From Isurus oxyrinchus (lineage: Eukaryota): a stretch of 64,000 nucleotides of DNA. Positions 60,400-64,000 of this stretch are shown in pieces (the stretch's first letter is position 1; the number at the start of each line of letters is the position of its first letter). The stretch covers positions 163,370,001 to 163,434,000 of the forward strand of contig JANJGN010000009.1 in the NCBI GenBank assembly GCA_026770705.1. Direction: 5' to 3'. The position numbers were made by a program, and so were the translations under genes. Below the pieces are notes generated by a model. It made no database searches and was not told the DNA's origin. It worked only from the letters and a program-made list of their open reading frames with translations.

Positions 60400-61615
60400 T
60401 CATAGTAACAGGGACAATTGAAGGGAAGTTTAAAACATCTAAAGGAAATGAGAGAGCAGAAGTGCAGGGTAGTGAAGAGGCGAATGGTAATCAAAGTATG
60501 ATGAGAAGCGGCAGGACAAGGAGCAGAAGAGTGCAGCAGAAATGAGAACCAGAATGGGCAATAATGGTAAACAATCCAAGCTTAAGGCTTGTTATCTGAA
60601 TGCACGCAGATGAGTTGACGGCACGAATAGAAATATATGGATATGACTTGATAGCCATGACAGAGACATGGTTGCAGAGTGACCACGACTGGGAATTCAA
60701 TATTCAAGGGTATTCGACAATCCGGAAAAAATGGCAAAAAGGAAAAGGAGGTGGGGTAGCTTTGTTAATAAATGAAGGTATCAGTGCGGTGGTGATATAG
60801 CTGGCATAGATCGTGATGTGGAATCAGTTTGGGTAGAAATAACAATTAGTAAGGGGAACGAGCCATGCGTTGGACTCATCTATGGGCCTCCAAAGAGTTT
60901 GCTCACTGTAGGACAAAGCATAAACTGGGATATAATGTAGGCATGTAAGAAGGGTTCTACAATTGTCATGGATTATTTTAATCTGCATATTGACTGGAGA
61001 AATCAGATAGGCAGGGCTAACTTGGAAGACAAATTTGTAGAGTGTACCAAGGATAGTTTCTTTCAGCAATATGTTGCATAACCTACTTGGGAACAGGCTA
61101 TTTTGCATCTAGCAATGCGTAATGAGGTACGATTCATAAGAGATCGTGTAGTTAGGGATCCTCTAGGGGATAGCGATCACACAACATTGTAGAATTTGAA
61201 ATTCTGTTTGAGGGTGAGCAGCTCGTCTCTAAAACCAGTGTCCTCAACCTAAATAAGGCCAATTACAGAGTTATGAAGGAAGAGTTGGCTGGAGAATAGA
61301 CTAACAGGAAGGTCAGTGGGTGAGCAGTGGCAGACATTTAAGTAAGTATTTCATAACGCTCAGAAAAAATTTATCCCGCTCAAAAGGAAGGACTCGATGA
61401 GAAGGATGAACCACCCATGGTTAACGACGGCAGTCAAGGAGAGTATCCAATCAACAACTAAAGTATAAAAAGGGGGGAAAACTAATGGTATGCTTGAGGA
61501 TTAGGAATTTTTTAGGAACCAGCAGCGGATGACCAAAAAACGAATAAAGAGGGAGAAAGATGATTATGAGATGGAATGGCAAGAAATATTTAAACAAACA
61601 GCAAGAGCTTCCACG
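60400..61615 (+). mobile_element. CR1 LINE, endonuclease region of ORF2 (decayed)
   Basis: YLNAR..DELTARIEIYGYDLIAMTETWLQ...KGGGVALLI; later motif LGDSDH. Confidence 0.85.
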
Positions 61616-62395
61616 GGTCTGCGCGCGATTCCAAGGGAGTGTCCGTGACTCCTATATTCTCAGTAAGTGTCAGATCCCTGACATCATCCAGCTTGTTCTG
61701 CAGGAATACAGATGGAGAGAGCGTAAGCAGGGTGCCTGCCAGGTCACATGAGGAGGGCACCCGGCACGTGTGGGTGGTAAGTGGTGCCATGGATGAAGAC
61801 AGGAACGGCAGGGCAGAGGAAGGTGTGTGTGAGAGCGTGAATGGTGATGTCCTTTGAACTGGTATTGAGTGAGATCCCTGTGAATGTGTGATGGGTTTTT
61901 GAGTTGTGAGTGATGAGAAAAGTGATTTAACCTAGCAGAAATCAGGTGACCATTCATCCTCTTTCAGCGCTGGGTGGCCGTCCTCTTTAGCAGTGCAATG
62001 GCACTGACCACTGCTGCCACCACCACCCATGCTAGATTTGTTGCCATGCTTGTTGGTCTTCGCCTAGAATTGGGGTAGAGGACTTCACGGCAGCTCTCAC
62101 AGTGCCCAGTAGGCTGAGGGTGGCAGTGCTAAATTTTGGATGCAACATGTTTCCTCCCTTTGGCAGCTATGAATTCCTAGCAGTTTCTGATGCCTTAGAG
62201 AGAGCTATCTCTCTGCAGGAACGGCCTTTAAATAGGGCGTCTGGATAAATGAAGGCCTGAGGTGACGGTGGGGTGGCGCGTCAGAGGCCTTCCCACCAGC
62301 GACCCGGTGTGTTTCCAGTGAACGCATAATTAATGAGGTGGGACGTGCCAGGAATAGGATAATAAGGTGTGAAAATCTGCCATTGCAGCCGGCGG
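61616..62395 (-). mobile_element. Harbinger-type 5' fragment (Myb/SANT-like ORF start)
   Basis: Resembles the reverse complement of 55750-56520; degenerate. Confidence 0.5.
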
Positions 62396-62701
62396 ATAAT
62401 ATCCCAGAAGGGAAAAACAGTAAAAAATGGGAAATAAGAATACGGGCCTGAGTGGGGTTCATATACTTTAACATGGAACACCAGTAAAAACTGGGAAATC
62501 AGGGTCTTGGCCTGTGCTGTTTTTTCACACCCGGGATGTCCTTTTTCCCACTCACTACCGCACTTTGTGCAAATCTCAGATGATTCTGCCCATAGAATCT
62601 GTAAAACACCTTGTTTCAATCTGTGGACCTTAACATCAATGCAAGTTTTTCTTGGCAATATCTGTGATCAATGTTTTTGAAATAATTGATGGAGAATTTA
62701 C

Positions 62702-63626
62702 TGTCATGAAAGTATAATAATTTTCATAATATTTTCTGCTTTATTGTGGAGTCGGTTTATGGGGGTAAGTGTTTGGGTCTGTCTGTGTGAGATTTAATTA
62801 CATTTGGAATCAGGTAGATGGCATGATATAACTCAACAAAAGAAGCTAGGTATTTGACATGCTAATGAGTAAACATGGATACTGGTTTAGCAAGTAAAGT
62901 GTAAAGGGAATTTGCCTTTTTAGATAAATGAAGGGAGATTTGGATTTCAAATGTATTTTAGTCTCTTTACAATTAGGCAGCTAAGCAAGATGAAGGAATG
63001 TGTTTCTTTATCTCAAAGGTTACTGACAATATATAGTATCGACATGAAAGTTTTTACATTGTGAGGAAGACACAGTTTCAAAGGTATCTGAAACAATAGG
63101 GTTTACATGTTAAATAGAGGGAAACATATATAAAGGAGAATGAGGCTATGTGTCAGGAGAAGTCCATATGAGACCTAACAGATGTGTTTGAAGTAGCCTT
63201 AATGAAGCCTCCAGCATTTGTGCATAAGCCTGCTGTCTAACGAAACTGAAGCTGGTGAAAGCCATTTGGAATTCCACTGTCTAGATCATTGTGTCAATTT
63301 GCTGGATCTGCTTGAAACCTAATATCTATTCTTTGTACAGTTGCCTTAAAGGAGGTGTAACTGGGAGTGAGGCTAATTAGGAATTTTACGAGTTATTATA
63401 GAAGAAATTAGTAGACTTATGTATGTAATTGAAATCTATCTTTTGCTAATAAATATATTTAACAATATATTTTTTAAATCTCTAAAAGTTTGGTAGACTT
63501 ATGGTGTCTGAATTCAGTGCATGCATCTCATAATAAATATAAATTGCAAAACCGTTGTGACAGCTCGACCAAGTTTCACTCATGGATTTGGTCTGCCTGA
63601 CACACATCATCTGCCACATCATAACA
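62702..63626 (+). mobile_element. Solo LTR in the gene C intron, ending 45 bp from the TM exon
   Basis: TGTCATGA...TCATAACA termini; near-perfect 4-bp TSD ttac/ttgc; AATAAA at ~63448. Confidence 0.65.
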
Positions 63627-63671
63627 TTGCAAACTGCCCATAATGATTCTTATACAGTCCATAACTCTCAC

Positions 63672-63762
63672 CTTAGATTTTCTCGTACACCATGTGCCCG
63701 AAACAGCACAAATCACCAGGAGAGTAAAGAGCACCCAGCGTATCACATCCCAGATAATGCAA
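63672..63762 (-). CDS. Gene C (partial): TM exon of a probable activating-type Ig receptor; upstream exons lie beyond the window
   Basis: Strong acceptor tttctcttctcttttgaacag, in phase 2 like the TM exons of A and B. Encodes CIIWDVIRWVLFTLLVICAVSGTWCTRKSK. Donor AAG|gtgaga. Confidence 0.75.
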
Positions 63763-64000
63763 CTGTTCAAAAGAGAAGAAATATCAAACCATTTAAATGA
63801 AATGAGACTGTTTCATTTTTGAAACATGACTCTCCGCTTTACACTGTAATTTTTTGCAGCAACATAAAGTAGACAAGGGACTTTAGCTGAAAGAATCAAC
63901 TAAAGTTCTACTTATCAACTTCATGATCATTAGATAAAAATCAAACGAAGCAAATTTCTTTAGCATGTCCATAATGTCTAACTGTAAGGCTAAGCGGAAT

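Overview
Repeat-rich vertebrate genomic DNA. The CR1/HER1-type LINEs, Deu-domain SINEs, Penelope and Harbinger relics, and receptor type point to a cartilaginous fish (shark). The window is dominated by a large inverted segmental duplication (<1-17649 versus 27958-48889). Each arm carries an intact 7-exon gene for a type I Ig-superfamily receptor: signal peptide, CD300/pIgR-like IgV, Cys-rich second Ig domain, S/T stalk, uncharged TM, and a tail with four ITIM/ITSM-type tyrosines. The genes lie tail-to-tail (A + strand, 415 aa; B - strand, 418 aa). Their TM exons are identical, but the IgV exons differ at 17 replacement codons plus 1 inserted codon against only 2 silent codons, concentrated in predicted loops. 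At the right edge, a - strand TM exon with Asp/Arg (WDVIRWVLF) suggests a third, activating-type member, giving a probable paired-receptor cluster. Mobile DNA of note: Tx1-like retrotransposon tails inserted repeatedly, apparently independently in each arm, at one 15-bp site at the stop codon of a Harbinger Myb-like ORF; a B-arm-specific Penelope element with a 15-bp TSD and hammerhead-like motifs; and a 27-bp coding-like minisatellite open on both strands. All alignments and counts were made by eye.
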